A stretch of DNA of 64,000 bases, taken from contig JANTGR010000001.1 of the NCBI GenBank assembly GCA_024762875.1, forward strand, positions 45,338 through 109,337, read 5' to 3'. Within the stretch, counting starts at the first letter, position 1. Each line of letters begins with the position of its first letter. Under the pieces are notes generated by a model. It searched no databases. It worked only from the letters and a program-made list of their open reading frames with translations, and had not been told where the DNA came from. Both the position numbers and the translations under genes were made by a program. This document shows positions 48,595 to 58,489 of the stretch, piece after piece. This stretch comes from Sulfurospirillum sp. Its GTDB lineage: Bacteria; Campylobacterota; Campylobacteria; Campylobacterales; QNZT01.

Positions 48595-49859
48595 TAAAGA
48601 GCCTGATATGCAATATCGTTTCTAAATTTTTTACCAAAGAAATGAACTTGTCCAGCCAGCATATAAGCATTGTCTCTGGCTTCCTGTATGCTCTCACCCA
48701 GCCCGACACAGACCAATACCCTGCCGCCTGTAGCAAAAAGTTTGCCTTCTTCTTTTGTCACCCCGGCATATGCGATATGGGCTTTGTTTTGAAGGTTTTC
48801 ATGCACAATATCATCTACCACAATTTCAGCGGGCATGGAGCTTTTATAAGGATAATCCTTGCTTGCCATCACCACACCTACAGAGAACTGGTCAGATATT
48901 TTGATATCCAGCGATTTGAGATCTTTCGTCGCCCCTTTGTAAAACAGGTCAAAAACAGAGCTTTTGATCAAAGGCATCAATATTTCACATTCCGGGTCAC
49001 CAAAACGGACATTGTATTCCAGAACTTTTACGGCGCCACCCACTATCATGATACCGATAAACAGTACACCTTCAAAAGGCATGCCCTCTTTTTTCATACC
49101 GGCAAGTGTAGGAATGACCACTTTTTCATCAATCTCCTGATATAAGGCTTCGTTTATCAGTGGTGTTGGGGCATATGCACCCATTCCCCCGGTATTTGGC
49201 CCTTTATCATGATCGAGCAATCTTTTATGATCCTGCGCTGCTGGTAATATTTTGAAATCTTCACCATCACAAATAGCAAAAACAGAGAGTTCATATCCAT
49301 CCAGATACTCTTCTACAATGATGGCTTTTCCTGCATCACCAAAACTCTCTCCGCTGAGCATACCCTGGGCTGCAGACTTAGCTTCTGCATGGCTTTGCGC
49401 GATAATAACACCTTTGCCTGCACAAAGACCGTCTGCTTTGACAACAATAGGGGCAGTCAGCGTATCGATAAAGGCTGATGCTTTTGCCAAGTCGTCAGTT
49501 TCAATAAAACGTGCTGTAGGGATGCCATATTTTTGGAGGAAGTTTTTCATAAATATTTTTGAGCCTTCAAGCTGACTGGCAGCTTTGCCTGGTCCAAAAA
49601 TCGTTAAACCTTTTGCTTTAAAGATATCCACAACACCATCAACCAATGGAGCCTCCGGCCCGACAATCGTCAAATCAACAGCATGTTCTTTGGCAAAATC
49701 AGCCAAAGCATCATAATCTTTTATATCAAGGTTCTCACCAAGTTTATCTGTGGCACCATTGCCGGGAGAAAAATAGAGCTTTTTTACTTTTTCTTCTTTT
49801 TTCAGCGCTAAAGCTATTGCATATTCTCTACCGCCGCTACCTATGATTAAAACATTCAT
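48594..49859 (-). CDS. purD: phosphoribosylamine--glycine ligase
   Basis: 421 aa. It reads [19 protein letters not shown], has an ATP-grasp domain, and ends with a C-terminus typical of PurD. Confidence 0.95.
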   Translation of the reverse strand: MNVLIIGSGGREYAIALALKKEEKVKKLYFSPGNGATDKLGENLDIKDYDALADFAKEHAVDLTIVGPEAPLVDGVVDIFKAKGLTIFGPGKAASQLEGSKIFMKNFLQKYGIPTARFIETDDLAKASAFIDTLTAPIVVKADGLCAGKGVIIAQSHAEAKSAAQGMLSGESFGDAGKAIIVEEYLDGYELSVFAICDGEDFKILPAAQDHKRLLDHDKGPNTGGMGAYAPTPLINEALYQEIDEKVVIPTLAGMKKEGMPFEGVLFIGIMIVGGAVKVLEYNVRFGDPECEILMPLIKSSVFDLFYKGATKDLKSLDIKISDQFSVGVVMASKDYPYKSSMPAEIVVDDIVHENLQNKAHIAYAGVTKEEGKLFATGGRVLVCVGLGESIQEARDNAYMLAGQVHFFGKKFRNDIAYQAL

Positions 49860-50080
49860 ATAAATTATTATCTCTTATTTTGATTTACAACCCGAGAGAG
49901 CGTCCCATGATTTGATGTAGCCTTTAAAGCTAAAAAATTTAGGAACGATACTCTCTTTAGGGGCAGCTTACGGCTTAGAGCCTTAGCAAAACCGCCGCAC
50001 ACCAAGCGCATACGAGTTCCCTGTACAAGTACAATGTTAGACCCTCGTTAATATGGTTATCGCATCCCTCAGGCATCTCT
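49860..50080 (-). promoter_or_regulatory. structured, comparatively GC-rich 5' leader of purD (candidate purD RNA motif / riboswitch-like element)
   Basis: This is a ~220-nt non-coding gap 5' of purD, with a TATAAT -10 on the minus strand at 50087-50082. Complementary segments include CCCGAGAGAG (49891-49900) with CTCTCTttaGGG (49951-49962), and CGTCC (49901-49905) with GGaACG (49942-49947). A conserved RNA motif 5' of purD has been described for Campylobacterales. Confidence 0.5.
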
Positions 50081-50088
50081 AATTATAG

Positions 50089-50730
50089 TCAGTTTTGGCT
50101 TAATTTATAAGCGGTTTCTATACAGGAGGGGATGGTTTGTTTATTAGCTTGCTGATAGTGTATGTCTAGGGGCATATAGGAGGCTGTTTTTTCACCAATT
50201 ACCACTGCCTGATAACTCTCATCCCAGGAAAAACAGTTGAAAAAACAGCTGATGGTAGAAGGAGATGAAAAGATAATAACTGCATTTTTTTCAGGCTTTT
50301 TCAATTGCTCACATTTAGCACATATGGTTTCATACAGGACAGCTTCATCGAGTAAAACACCCGCATCCAAGAGAATTGTATTTAAAGAAGAGGTTACCAC
50401 TTTGGGGCGAATAAAAAGAACTTTTTTACCTTTCAGCCTGCTTTTGATCTCTTTGGCAAAATGATCTCCATAGGAGCTGTTTGCCTGATAGATGCAGCTG
50501 CCATTTAGTGACTGTATGGCTTCACAAGTGGCCAAACCGATAGCAAAAGAGGGTTTTTCTTTCCACGCTTTATTACACTGCTCCATTGCGGCGACACCAT
50601 TTTTAGAGGAAAAAATCAAAGCATCATAGTCTGATACATCTATCTTTTGCGGTAAAAACCGTATATTGATACAGGGCAGATTCTCTGCACCCGCATATTT
50701 TTTTTCACTAAGGATATAAATTGCAGCCAT
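50089..50730 (-). CDS. hemD: uroporphyrinogen-III synthase
   Basis: 213 aa. It has a HEM4-like two-lobe pattern (YDALIFSSKNGVAA ... AVIIFSSPSTI), and its size is typical for the epsilonproteobacterial HemD. Confidence 0.7.
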   Translation of the reverse strand: MAAIYILSEKKYAGAENLPCINIRFLPQKIDVSDYDALIFSSKNGVAAMEQCNKAWKEKPSFAIGLATCEAIQSLNGSCIYQANSSYGDHFAKEIKSRLKGKKVLFIRPKVVTSSLNTILLDAGVLLDEAVLYETICAKCEQLKKPEKNAVIIFSSPSTISCFFNCFSWDESYQAVVIGEKTASYMPLDIHYQQANKQTIPSCIETAYKLSQN

Positions 50731-50731
50731 G

Positions 50732-51646
50732 TTAGTGAAAAATCTTTATGATAGCAGTGAGAGATTTTATCTTATCATGATAATGTTTGGCAACATCGAA
50801 TGTAAAATGATCAAACACGGAAACAGCAAAAGGATTTGTTTGATGATAATAAGCAATGTAGATATGATCTTTGGTATAAGAAACAGCCACCGCTTTGTTT
50901 TGAAGCGGTATCAGTTGCTGTAGTGTGGTATCATTTATATCCCCATACAGTGTCCATCCCTGCACTTTTTTGCTTCTAGTGCTATCAGCAAAGAATGCCT
51001 GCATCACCAGATTGTTTTTAGCAACCAGCTGTGAGAGTTTTTCACTTACCACTATACCTTCATGGTGATTGCTGCGAGAAATAGTGACAATAAAACCATC
51101 AAAAACATTTTGGTTAAAACGTTCTACCGCTGCATTTTCTTTGGTACTGAAAAGCAAATGTACATAGGCAAATGAAGCATTATCAGCCTGATAAATATCA
51201 TCAGATTGCAACACTTTGATTGATGGTGCAAAAAGATGAGTATGGCTTAATTGCTCTTTGCTAAGTTTATTGTCTGTATAGTGAAAGCCCTCTGTTTCCG
51301 TAATGGGGGAAATAATCTTTTTTTTATAGAGGGTTTCATAAGCCACAATATTTGGAGCGGAATTTCGAAGTGTCAGATAACCCGCTGCTATCATGACAAG
51401 GGCTACAATCACACCGGTAAGTTTAAAAAATTTGGCAAAAAGAATAAAGATAAAAAGTGCAGCTACGCCTGAGACGATATAAGCGGTTTTTCTTTTTGCT
51501 GCAGCTTCTTTGACATTTTGCAGTGCAGTATAGGCTGGCTGCAGTGTTTGTTGATAGAGCTGATTGAGTTCAGGTTCAGAGGCAGTGCCTTGTAGTGGTG
51601 CGAACATGAAGGTAAACAACAGAAAAGTTTTGAGAAAATATTGCAT
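50732..51646 (-). CDS. hypothetical membrane protein (possibly DUF3137-like)
   Basis: 304 aa. It has a signal-like N-terminus and two adjacent TM helices (aa ~55-95), followed by a soluble domain. The family assignment is from memory only. Confidence 0.45.
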   Translation of the reverse strand: MQYFLKTFLLFTFMFAPLQGTASEPELNQLYQQTLQPAYTALQNVKEAAAKRKTAYIVSGVAALFIFILFAKFFKLTGVIVALVMIAAGYLTLRNSAPNIVAYETLYKKKIISPITETEGFHYTDNKLSKEQLSHTHLFAPSIKVLQSDDIYQADNASFAYVHLLFSTKENAAVERFNQNVFDGFIVTISRSNHHEGIVVSEKLSQLVAKNNLVMQAFFADSTRSKKVQGWTLYGDINDTTLQQLIPLQNKAVAVSYTKDHIYIAYYHQTNPFAVSVFDHFTFDVAKHYHDKIKSLTAIIKIFH

Positions 51647-51701
51647 TTTTACTCCTTATTGTACTATGAAAAGAGTTGGGGAACACCCGTTTAGCTGCAG
51701 A

Positions 51702-53240
51702 TTATTCCCACTCTATGGTTCCTGGCGGTTTAGATGTGATATCATAGACAACGCGATTGATACCATCCACTTCATTGATGATACGGCTGGAGATGGTATC
51801 AAGCAGATCATGCGGCAAATGTGCAAATGTAGCCGTCATACCATCAACACTTTCCACCATCCGTACACAAACAGTATTGTCATAGGTACGGTTATCACCC
51901 ATAACGCCGACACTTTTAACATTGAGCAAAACACAAAATGCCTGCCATACTTTATCATAATAGCCATTGGATTTCAAAACATCTATCATGATAGTATCTG
52001 CTTTTCGAAGCAGCGACAAATCAGGCTGATTGACTTCTCCCATGATGCGGATCGCCAGACCAGGTCCTGGGAAAGGGTGACGACCAATCATATCTTTGGG
52101 TAATCCCAGCTCAAGTCCCAGTTTTCGCACTTCATCTTTAAATATTTCTCTGAGCGGTTCAATCAGTTCAAACTGCATCCAATCCGGAAGACCACCGACA
52201 TTGTGATGGGATTTAATCGTTTTACTTGGCCCTTTGACAGAGACAGATTCTATGACATCAGTGTAGAGTGTGCCTTGTGCCAAAAAAGAGATCCCATCAT
52301 GCCTTTGTGCCTCTTTGTCAAAAACTTCAATGAAAGTTTCGCCAATGATTTTACGTTTTTTCTCCGGATCAGTTACACCGGCCAATTTAGAGATAAACTC
52401 TTCCGATGCATCGACAGTGATAAGCTCTGCACCAACACGATTTTTAAACATCGCTTCGACCTGTGCCCTTTCATTGGCCCTCAGCAGTCCCTGATCTACA
52501 AAAACCGGTACGAGCTGATCACCGATTGCCTCATGTAAAAGCGTTGCAACAACAGAACTGTCCACACCGCCGCTGACACCGCAGAGAACTTTTTTGTCTC
52601 CGACTTTTTCTTTGATCTTTTGAATCTGCTCTTTGGCAAATGAACCCATATTCCAGGTAGATTCACAGCCGCATATTTTTTTAGCAAAATTTTTCAGTAA
52701 AATAGTGCCAAATTCAGAATGATAGACTTCCGGATGAAACTGAAATGCATAAATTTCTGCTTCCGTACTTTTAATAGCAGCATAGGGTGAATTGTCAGAG
52801 TATCCTACCCGGATAAAATTTTCAGGCAGCATATCCACAAGGTCCCCATGACTCATCCAGACAGTTTGACCATCTGGTGTATCATCAAAAAGATGACAGG
52901 TGTCTTCAAAATGCAGCTGTGCTTTGCCATATTCATGATGGTCAGCAGGGATAACCACACCACCAAAGTGCTGTGTAAGAAGCTGCATGCCATAACATAT
53001 GCCAAGGATAGGAAGGCCAAGTTCAAATATGGCATTGTCAGGATGATAGGCATTTTTATCATACACAGATGCAGGTCCGCCTGAAAGGATGATTCCTTGA
53101 GGCTGTTTTTCTTTGATAGTCTCTATTTTTTCATTATAAGGGAGGATTTCACAGTAGATACCGCTTTCTCTGAGTTTTCTGGCAATAAGCTGTGTATATT
53201 GCGATCCAAAATCTAATACGATGATGGGGACATTTTTCAT
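51702..53240 (-). CDS. guaA: glutamine-hydrolysing GMP synthase
   Basis: 512 aa. It has a GATase domain (GICYGMQ), the ATP-PPase P-loop motif SGGVDSSV, and a C-terminus ending in PPGTIEWE. Confidence 0.95.
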   Translation of the reverse strand: MKNVPIIVLDFGSQYTQLIARKLRESGIYCEILPYNEKIETIKEKQPQGIILSGGPASVYDKNAYHPDNAIFELGLPILGICYGMQLLTQHFGGVVIPADHHEYGKAQLHFEDTCHLFDDTPDGQTVWMSHGDLVDMLPENFIRVGYSDNSPYAAIKSTEAEIYAFQFHPEVYHSEFGTILLKNFAKKICGCESTWNMGSFAKEQIQKIKEKVGDKKVLCGVSGGVDSSVVATLLHEAIGDQLVPVFVDQGLLRANERAQVEAMFKNRVGAELITVDASEEFISKLAGVTDPEKKRKIIGETFIEVFDKEAQRHDGISFLAQGTLYTDVIESVSVKGPSKTIKSHHNVGGLPDWMQFELIEPLREIFKDEVRKLGLELGLPKDMIGRHPFPGPGLAIRIMGEVNQPDLSLLRKADTIMIDVLKSNGYYDKVWQAFCVLLNVKSVGVMGDNRTYDNTVCVRMVESVDGMTATFAHLPHDLLDTISSRIINEVDGINRVVYDITSKPPGTIEWE

Positions 53241-53326
53241 GAAGTTCCTTAAAGAGGTGTAATTTTCGGTGATTTTAGTGAAAAATTACTTTACACCATC
53301 TTTAAGAAAGAAGTTAGTTCTTTGTG

Positions 53327-54694
53327 CTAGTAAATACCTAATATCTCAAATTGAAAATACCATACTAGGATAGAAATGATATATCCGACCAAAATAGTCC
53401 AGGCAAATTTTAAATGAGAACCAAAGGTATAGATGCCTCTTAGTTTACCCATCACACCAACACCGGCAGCTGAACCAAAAGAGATCAAACTACCACCGAT
53501 ACCTGCTGTAAGTGTCACTAACATCCATTGTGCAATATCCATTTGAGGATCTGCTTTTAAAATAGCACTCATGACAGGTACATTGTCTACGATGGCAGAA
53601 AGGAAACCGACACCGATATTACCTGCTGTTGCACCAATGACATCAAAGAGATCGACGATATATGCCAAAAATCCCAAAAAGTGCAATGCCCCTACTGCTG
53701 CCAGGATACCAAAGAAAAAGAGCAGTGTATCATTTTCGACTTTTTGCATATTGACAAAGATATCAAAAGATTCACCTTCTGTCTGTTTGAGTCTAAATGC
53801 ATACATTTTCAAAATGGCAAGTCCAAACATCATACCCCACATAGCCGGATAATGAAAGAACTGGTGCGACAAAACAGCCATTGCAATGGTACCAACACCC
53901 ATCCAGATAATTACTTTTGCACCCGGTTTCAAGGCTTCTTGCTTATCAGTTTGTTCTGAAAATGGCGGTTGTCCCGCTGGTACCACACGAGAAAGCAGAT
54001 AAGCTGTTATTCCCCAACCGACAATAGCCGCAGGGAAAAGGGCTAAAAAGTCAACCACTGTCCCTTTACCCGCTGTCCAAGCCATAAGCGTAGTGATATC
54101 ACCAAATGGACTCCATGCGCCACCGGCATTGGCAGCAACAACAATGTTGATTGCCCCTGGAACCAGGAATTCTTTATTGGTTTTATCGATCGTGAAGAGT
54201 ACTGTAGATAAAATCAATGCCGTAGTGAGGTTATCTGCCACTGGCGAGATAAAAAATGCCAAAAGGCCGGTTAGCCAAAAGAGTTTTTTATAGGTATACC
54301 CTTTTGATACCAACTTAAACTTTAAGACATCAAATACATTACGTTCTATCATGGTTTCGATATAGGTCATCGCTACAAAAAGAAAGAAGAATATTTCGGC
54401 AATTTCCAGAATTAAATGTTCCATTTCAAGATGCAGAGGTTCAACCGGTAATCCATTGATTGCAAAATAAACACCAATCAGCATAAACATCAAGGTACCG
54501 ATGAAGAGTGCCGGTTTTGCTTTATTGATTTCAAACTTTTCTTCAGTAGCTATGAAATAATAGCCTATGACAAAGATTGCCAGTGACAGTATGCCAATCC
54601 ATGTTCCTGTTAGATCGCCATGTTCAGCAACAGCTGCCCCCTCTGATGCAATTCCAAATGTTGTTAAATATATTAACATCAATATAATCCTCAT
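53327..54694 (-). CDS. NhaD/ArsB-superfamily Na+/H+ antiporter-like permease
   Basis: 455 aa. It is polytopic with about 12 TM helices. The composition and motifs (SPVADNLTTALI, SAIVDNVP) resemble the NhaD family. Confidence 0.65.
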   Translation of the reverse strand: MRIILMLIYLTTFGIASEGAAVAEHGDLTGTWIGILSLAIFVIGYYFIATEEKFEINKAKPALFIGTLMFMLIGVYFAINGLPVEPLHLEMEHLILEIAEIFFFLFVAMTYIETMIERNVFDVLKFKLVSKGYTYKKLFWLTGLLAFFISPVADNLTTALILSTVLFTIDKTNKEFLVPGAINIVVAANAGGAWSPFGDITTLMAWTAGKGTVVDFLALFPAAIVGWGITAYLLSRVVPAGQPPFSEQTDKQEALKPGAKVIIWMGVGTIAMAVLSHQFFHYPAMWGMMFGLAILKMYAFRLKQTEGESFDIFVNMQKVENDTLLFFFGILAAVGALHFLGFLAYIVDLFDVIGATAGNIGVGFLSAIVDNVPVMSAILKADPQMDIAQWMLVTLTAGIGGSLISFGSAAGVGVMGKLRGIYTFGSHLKFAWTILVGYIISILVWYFQFEILGIY

Positions 54695-54697
54695 ATA

Positions 54698-56149
54698 TTA
54701 CTTCCTTTCATTTTTAATATAATGTGCTCCAAGTGACTCTTTTCTGGATATCGCACTTTCGATGATATTTTTTGATACCTTCAACCGCAATCTGAGCAGT
54801 TTCCCTATATCTTTTTGCAAGAGTGAGTCAATTCTACCCAGTGCAGCCTGCAATGACGACATTTCACGCACAATCGAGACAGCATTCCACATGATCTGGC
54901 GTAATTCTTCTTTGATAGCAGCGTCGCCTTCTTTGATCAAAACTTCACAATCATTGTCAAAGACTTTCAGTTTAAAATAGACACTGCGTGCGAGAATATC
55001 TTCTACTGCTCTTTTGGAAAAGACCAGCCCTTCCAGCAGTGAGTTACTCGCCAGCCGGTTTGCACCATGCACACGTGTGGAGGCTACTTCACCCACTGCA
55101 TAGAGATTGGCACAACCGGGGACTTTGCCATTTAGATCCGTTTCTATGCCGCCCATTGCATAGTGAAAGGCAGGCGAAATAGGTACATCTTCAAAAGGAA
55201 GATTGAAACCCATATCTTTCATATTAAAATAGATCGTAGGGAAACGCTCATGAAAGGCTTCTTCTTCAAAATCAGGAAAAGAGAGATAGACTTCCAAACC
55301 TGTTTTTTCTTTCCAGTCATAAATCGCTTTACTAACAAGACTGCGGGGACTGAGTTCTCCACGTTTGTCATATTCAAACAAAAAGCGCTTACCGTTCTCA
55401 TCTATGATGTGTGCCCCCTCCCCTCTTAAAGCTTCTGTCAAAAGTTGTTTTCTTGCACCTTTGTTATGGATAAAAACTGTAGGATGAAACTGGGTCATCT
55501 CCATGTCTCTTAGTGCCAGGCCTTTTTCTAGACAAATTCCCTGGATATCGCCAGAGATTGTTCTGGCATTGGTATGATATGCATAGAGTGAGCCGATTCC
55601 ACCACTGGCGATAATCACACTGCGGGCATAGTAGTTTTTACATTTTCCATCATGATAGACCGATACACCATGACAAATTCCATCCTCAATTAACAGGTCT
55701 GTTACGGTTGATTTATAAAGCAGGGGCTGTCTATTTTGCTGCATCAGAAAATGATGTACTTCTCTTCCGGTTGCATCACCGCCGGCATGAATAATTCTCT
55801 CTTTTGAATGGGCAGCTTCTTTGGTATAGAGCAGATTTCCCTCTGCATCTGTATCAAAAGGCATACCCCGGGCAATGAGGTCTGCAATCACTTTGATACC
55901 GTCATGACAGAGTATATCCACTGCTTTTTCATCACAAAGACCCGCTCCGGCAGCCAGTGTATCAGCGATATGTGCCGGAATATCATCTTTATCTGTCGCA
56001 ACAGCGATTCCGCCCTGGGCATAAAAGGTGTTACAGTCCCAGGAATTTTCTTTGCAGATTATCAGGACATTTTTGTTTTTGGGAAAAGCAGCTGCGGCAT
56101 TGAGTCCTGCTATGCCTGAGCCGATGATGATGGCATCATAAACTATCAT
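54698..56149 (-). CDS. nadB: L-aspartate oxidase
   Basis: 483 aa. It has an FAD-binding N-terminus (YDAIIIGSGIAGLNAA) and succinate-dehydrogenase/fumarate-reductase flavoprotein-like motifs (QGGIAVA, HYAMGGI). Confidence 0.9.
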   Translation of the reverse strand: MIVYDAIIIGSGIAGLNAAAAFPKNKNVLIICKENSWDCNTFYAQGGIAVATDKDDIPAHIADTLAAGAGLCDEKAVDILCHDGIKVIADLIARGMPFDTDAEGNLLYTKEAAHSKERIIHAGGDATGREVHHFLMQQNRQPLLYKSTVTDLLIEDGICHGVSVYHDGKCKNYYARSVIIASGGIGSLYAYHTNARTISGDIQGICLEKGLALRDMEMTQFHPTVFIHNKGARKQLLTEALRGEGAHIIDENGKRFLFEYDKRGELSPRSLVSKAIYDWKEKTGLEVYLSFPDFEEEAFHERFPTIYFNMKDMGFNLPFEDVPISPAFHYAMGGIETDLNGKVPGCANLYAVGEVASTRVHGANRLASNSLLEGLVFSKRAVEDILARSVYFKLKVFDNDCEVLIKEGDAAIKEELRQIMWNAVSIVREMSSLQAALGRIDSLLQKDIGKLLRLRLKVSKNIIESAISRKESLGAHYIKNERK

Positions 56150-56229
56150 TGGGTGCTCTCTTGTGTAGGTTTATAAACAGGGTTGGCTTTGTAGCCGCAA
56201 CCTGTAAAGAGTAATATCAAAAAAATAAA

Positions 56230-56238
56230 TGTTATAAT
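56230..56238 (+). promoter_or_regulatory. putative extended -10 promoter (TGtTATAAT) placed for a leaderless transcript
   Basis: TGTTATAAT ends 6 nt before the ATG at 56245. No Shine-Dalgarno lies between them. Confidence 0.4.
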
Positions 56239-56244
56239 CATTGT

Positions 56245-56688
56245 ATGAAAAGTGCTAAAAGTATTATTGAACATCTGAAACATCAACCTCGAAATTCTAA
56301 AGTATTGGAAATAGCGTGTTATGAAAAAGTGAAAGCTTTTCTGCCGCCTAGGCTGGCAGCTTCAGTGCTCTTTATCTATAAAAAAAATCAAACACTCTAT
56401 TTTGTCCTCAATCATCCGGGGATGAAAATGGAATTTAATTATAAGCATACTTTAATAAAAAGCTTATTAAATAAGTTAAAAGAAGTAGATGCAAAGTGTA
56501 AAGATATCGAAATTAATGAAGTGAAGTCTTTTGTCAGCAATAAAATTCCGACAGTCGTTTCTGCCCCTGCTGAAAAAAAACGCTTTTTTGTAGAAAAATC
56601 AAAAGGAGCGTTTTTAAATCACGCGCAGGATAAGGAGCTCAAAGGCATCTTTGAACAAATCAAAAAAATGTTAGAAGAAAAGCAATGA
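56245..56688 (+). CDS. hypothetical protein (possibly DUF721/DciA-like)
   Basis: 147 aa. It reads ...LPPRLAASVLFIYKKNQTLYFVLNHPGMKMEFNY. The resemblance to DUF721 is weak and from memory. Confidence 0.35.
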   Translation: MKSAKSIIEHLKHQPRNSKVLEIACYEKVKAFLPPRLAASVLFIYKKNQTLYFVLNHPGMKMEFNYKHTLIKSLLNKLKEVDAKCKDIEINEVKSFVSNKIPTVVSAPAEKKRFFVEKSKGAFLNHAQDKELKGIFEQIKKMLEEKQ

Positions 56689-58472
56689 CATTAGAAAAGA
56701 AGATACAGCAGCTGCCGCCCCTGCCCGGTGTGTACCAATATTTTGATGCGAATGATAAATTACTCTATATCGGTAAAGCAAAAATTTTGAAAAACCGTGT
56801 AAAAAGTTATTTTAGATTTCAGCCGCAATTCTCCCCTGCTCCCAATCTCTCACCCCGTATCGCTATCATGATAGGTGAAACAGTACGATTGGAATATATC
56901 GTAGTAGAGAGTGAACATGATGCCTTGATTTTAGAAAATTCTCTCATAAAGCAGCTGCGGCCGAAGTATAATATCCTGCTGCGTGATGATAAAACCTATC
57001 CTTACATTTATATCGATTTAAACGATGCTTTTCCCCGTTTTGAAATTACCCGTAAAGTCCTTAAAGGCAAACAGATAAAATATTTTGGTCCTTTTTCCCA
57101 GTCTGCCAGAGAGATAGTGGATTCACTTTATGACATTTTTCCACTTGTGCAGAAAAAATCCTGTCTGAAAGGTAAAAAGCTCTGTCTTTTTTATCAAATC
57201 AAAAAGTGTTTGGGACCCTGTGAAGGTAAAGTGAGTGAAGCAGTCTATAAAAAAATGGTGGATGAAGCGATGCATCTGCTTTACAATAAAAAGGCACTGC
57301 AGCAGAAGCTGGAGAAAAAAATGCTTTTTTATGCTGAAAATCTTTTATTTGAAGAAGCCAGCCGTCTGCGGGATCGCATCAATAAGATAAAAGCGAGTCA
57401 GAGTATCTCTCACATCGATTTGGCAAAACTCGCGGATTATGATATTTTTGCTATTGAAACTGCCAAAAACAGTGCCTGTGGAGTACGGCTTTTTATCCGT
57501 GACGGAAAGGTTGTTTCCAGTGCACACTCTCTTTTTAAATCAGATACAGGGTTTGACCGTGATGAACTCTACAAAAGGCTTTTACTGGAGTATTATCATC
57601 AGGAATTACCGATGGTTAAAAATATATTGGTGTATGAAGATTTTGATGAAAAAGAGAGTCTTCAGAATTTGCTCAGTGATCGTTTTGGCAAGTCTATCAT
57701 GATAAACATTCCCCAAAAAGGTGAAAAAAAACATTTAGTCAACTTGGCACATACCAATGCAAAAGAGATTTTACGGACAGGGAAAAACCAGGACAATACA
57801 ATCTTGTCAGAACTTAAAACACTGTTTAATTTAGATAAAACACCTTTTGTCATAGAAGGATATGACAACTCACATTTACAGGGCGAAGCGACTGTAGGAG
57901 CGATGATAAAATGGGAAAACGGTTTTTGTAAAAAAGCGTACAGGCACTACAATCTCAGTGCACGTGACGAGTATGCCCAGATGAAAGAGATGCTTGAACG
58001 CCGTTGTGAAAGTTTTGATAAAAATCCTCCACCTGATTTGATGGTGATCGATGGTGGAGAAACACTGTTGAAATTGGCGATTAAAATAGTTAAACAAAGT
58101 GGTGCTAATGTCGATATAGTTGCAATTGCAAAAGAGAAGCGGGAAAACAAGGCGCAAAGAGCCAAAGGAAAAGCAAATGACATCCTTTGCAGCAAAGAAG
58201 GAATCCTGAAATTATCACATGATGATAAAAGGCTGCAGTTTCTGCAAACGATACGAGATGAATCACACCGTTTTGTGATTGCATTTCATCGTAAGCAAAA
58301 ACGCAAAGCAGATAAAGAGATTTCATTATTGGCTAAAAAAGGTGTGGGCGAAGCCACTGTCAAAAAACTTTTGCAATATTTTGATACATTTGGCAATATT
58401 GAAAATGCAAGCTTTGAAGAATTGGAAAAGGTTGTTGGCACAAAAATTGCTTTAAATATTCAAAATATTTAA
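56685..58472 (+). CDS. uvrC: excinuclease ABC subunit C
   Basis: 595 aa. It has a GIY-YIG domain (PGVYQYFDANDKLLYIGKAKILKNRVKSY), a UVR domain, an RNase H-like endonuclease domain, and a C-terminal (HhH)2 motif. Confidence 0.95.
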   Translation: MTLEKKIQQLPPLPGVYQYFDANDKLLYIGKAKILKNRVKSYFRFQPQFSPAPNLSPRIAIMIGETVRLEYIVVESEHDALILENSLIKQLRPKYNILLRDDKTYPYIYIDLNDAFPRFEITRKVLKGKQIKYFGPFSQSAREIVDSLYDIFPLVQKKSCLKGKKLCLFYQIKKCLGPCEGKVSEAVYKKMVDEAMHLLYNKKALQQKLEKKMLFYAENLLFEEASRLRDRINKIKASQSISHIDLAKLADYDIFAIETAKNSACGVRLFIRDGKVVSSAHSLFKSDTGFDRDELYKRLLLEYYHQELPMVKNILVYEDFDEKESLQNLLSDRFGKSIMINIPQKGEKKHLVNLAHTNAKEILRTGKNQDNTILSELKTLFNLDKTPFVIEGYDNSHLQGEATVGAMIKWENGFCKKAYRHYNLSARDEYAQMKEMLERRCESFDKNPPPDLMVIDGGETLLKLAIKIVKQSGANVDIVAIAKEKRENKAQRAKGKANDILCSKEGILKLSHDDKRLQFLQTIRDESHRFVIAFHRKQKRKADKEISLLAKKGVGEATVKKLLQYFDTFGNIENASFEELEKVVGTKIALNIQNI

Positions 58473-58489
58473 TACAATAAGGAATTATT

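Noticed and set aside
56181-56202. A possible hairpin, GGTTGGCTTTGTAGCCGCAACC, in the nadB / 56245 divergent spacer.
   Set aside because: Only a 5-bp clean stem (GGTTG/CAACC) is present and the interior is irregular. It has no flanking T-run and lies between divergent starts, so it is neither a terminator nor convincingly regulatory.
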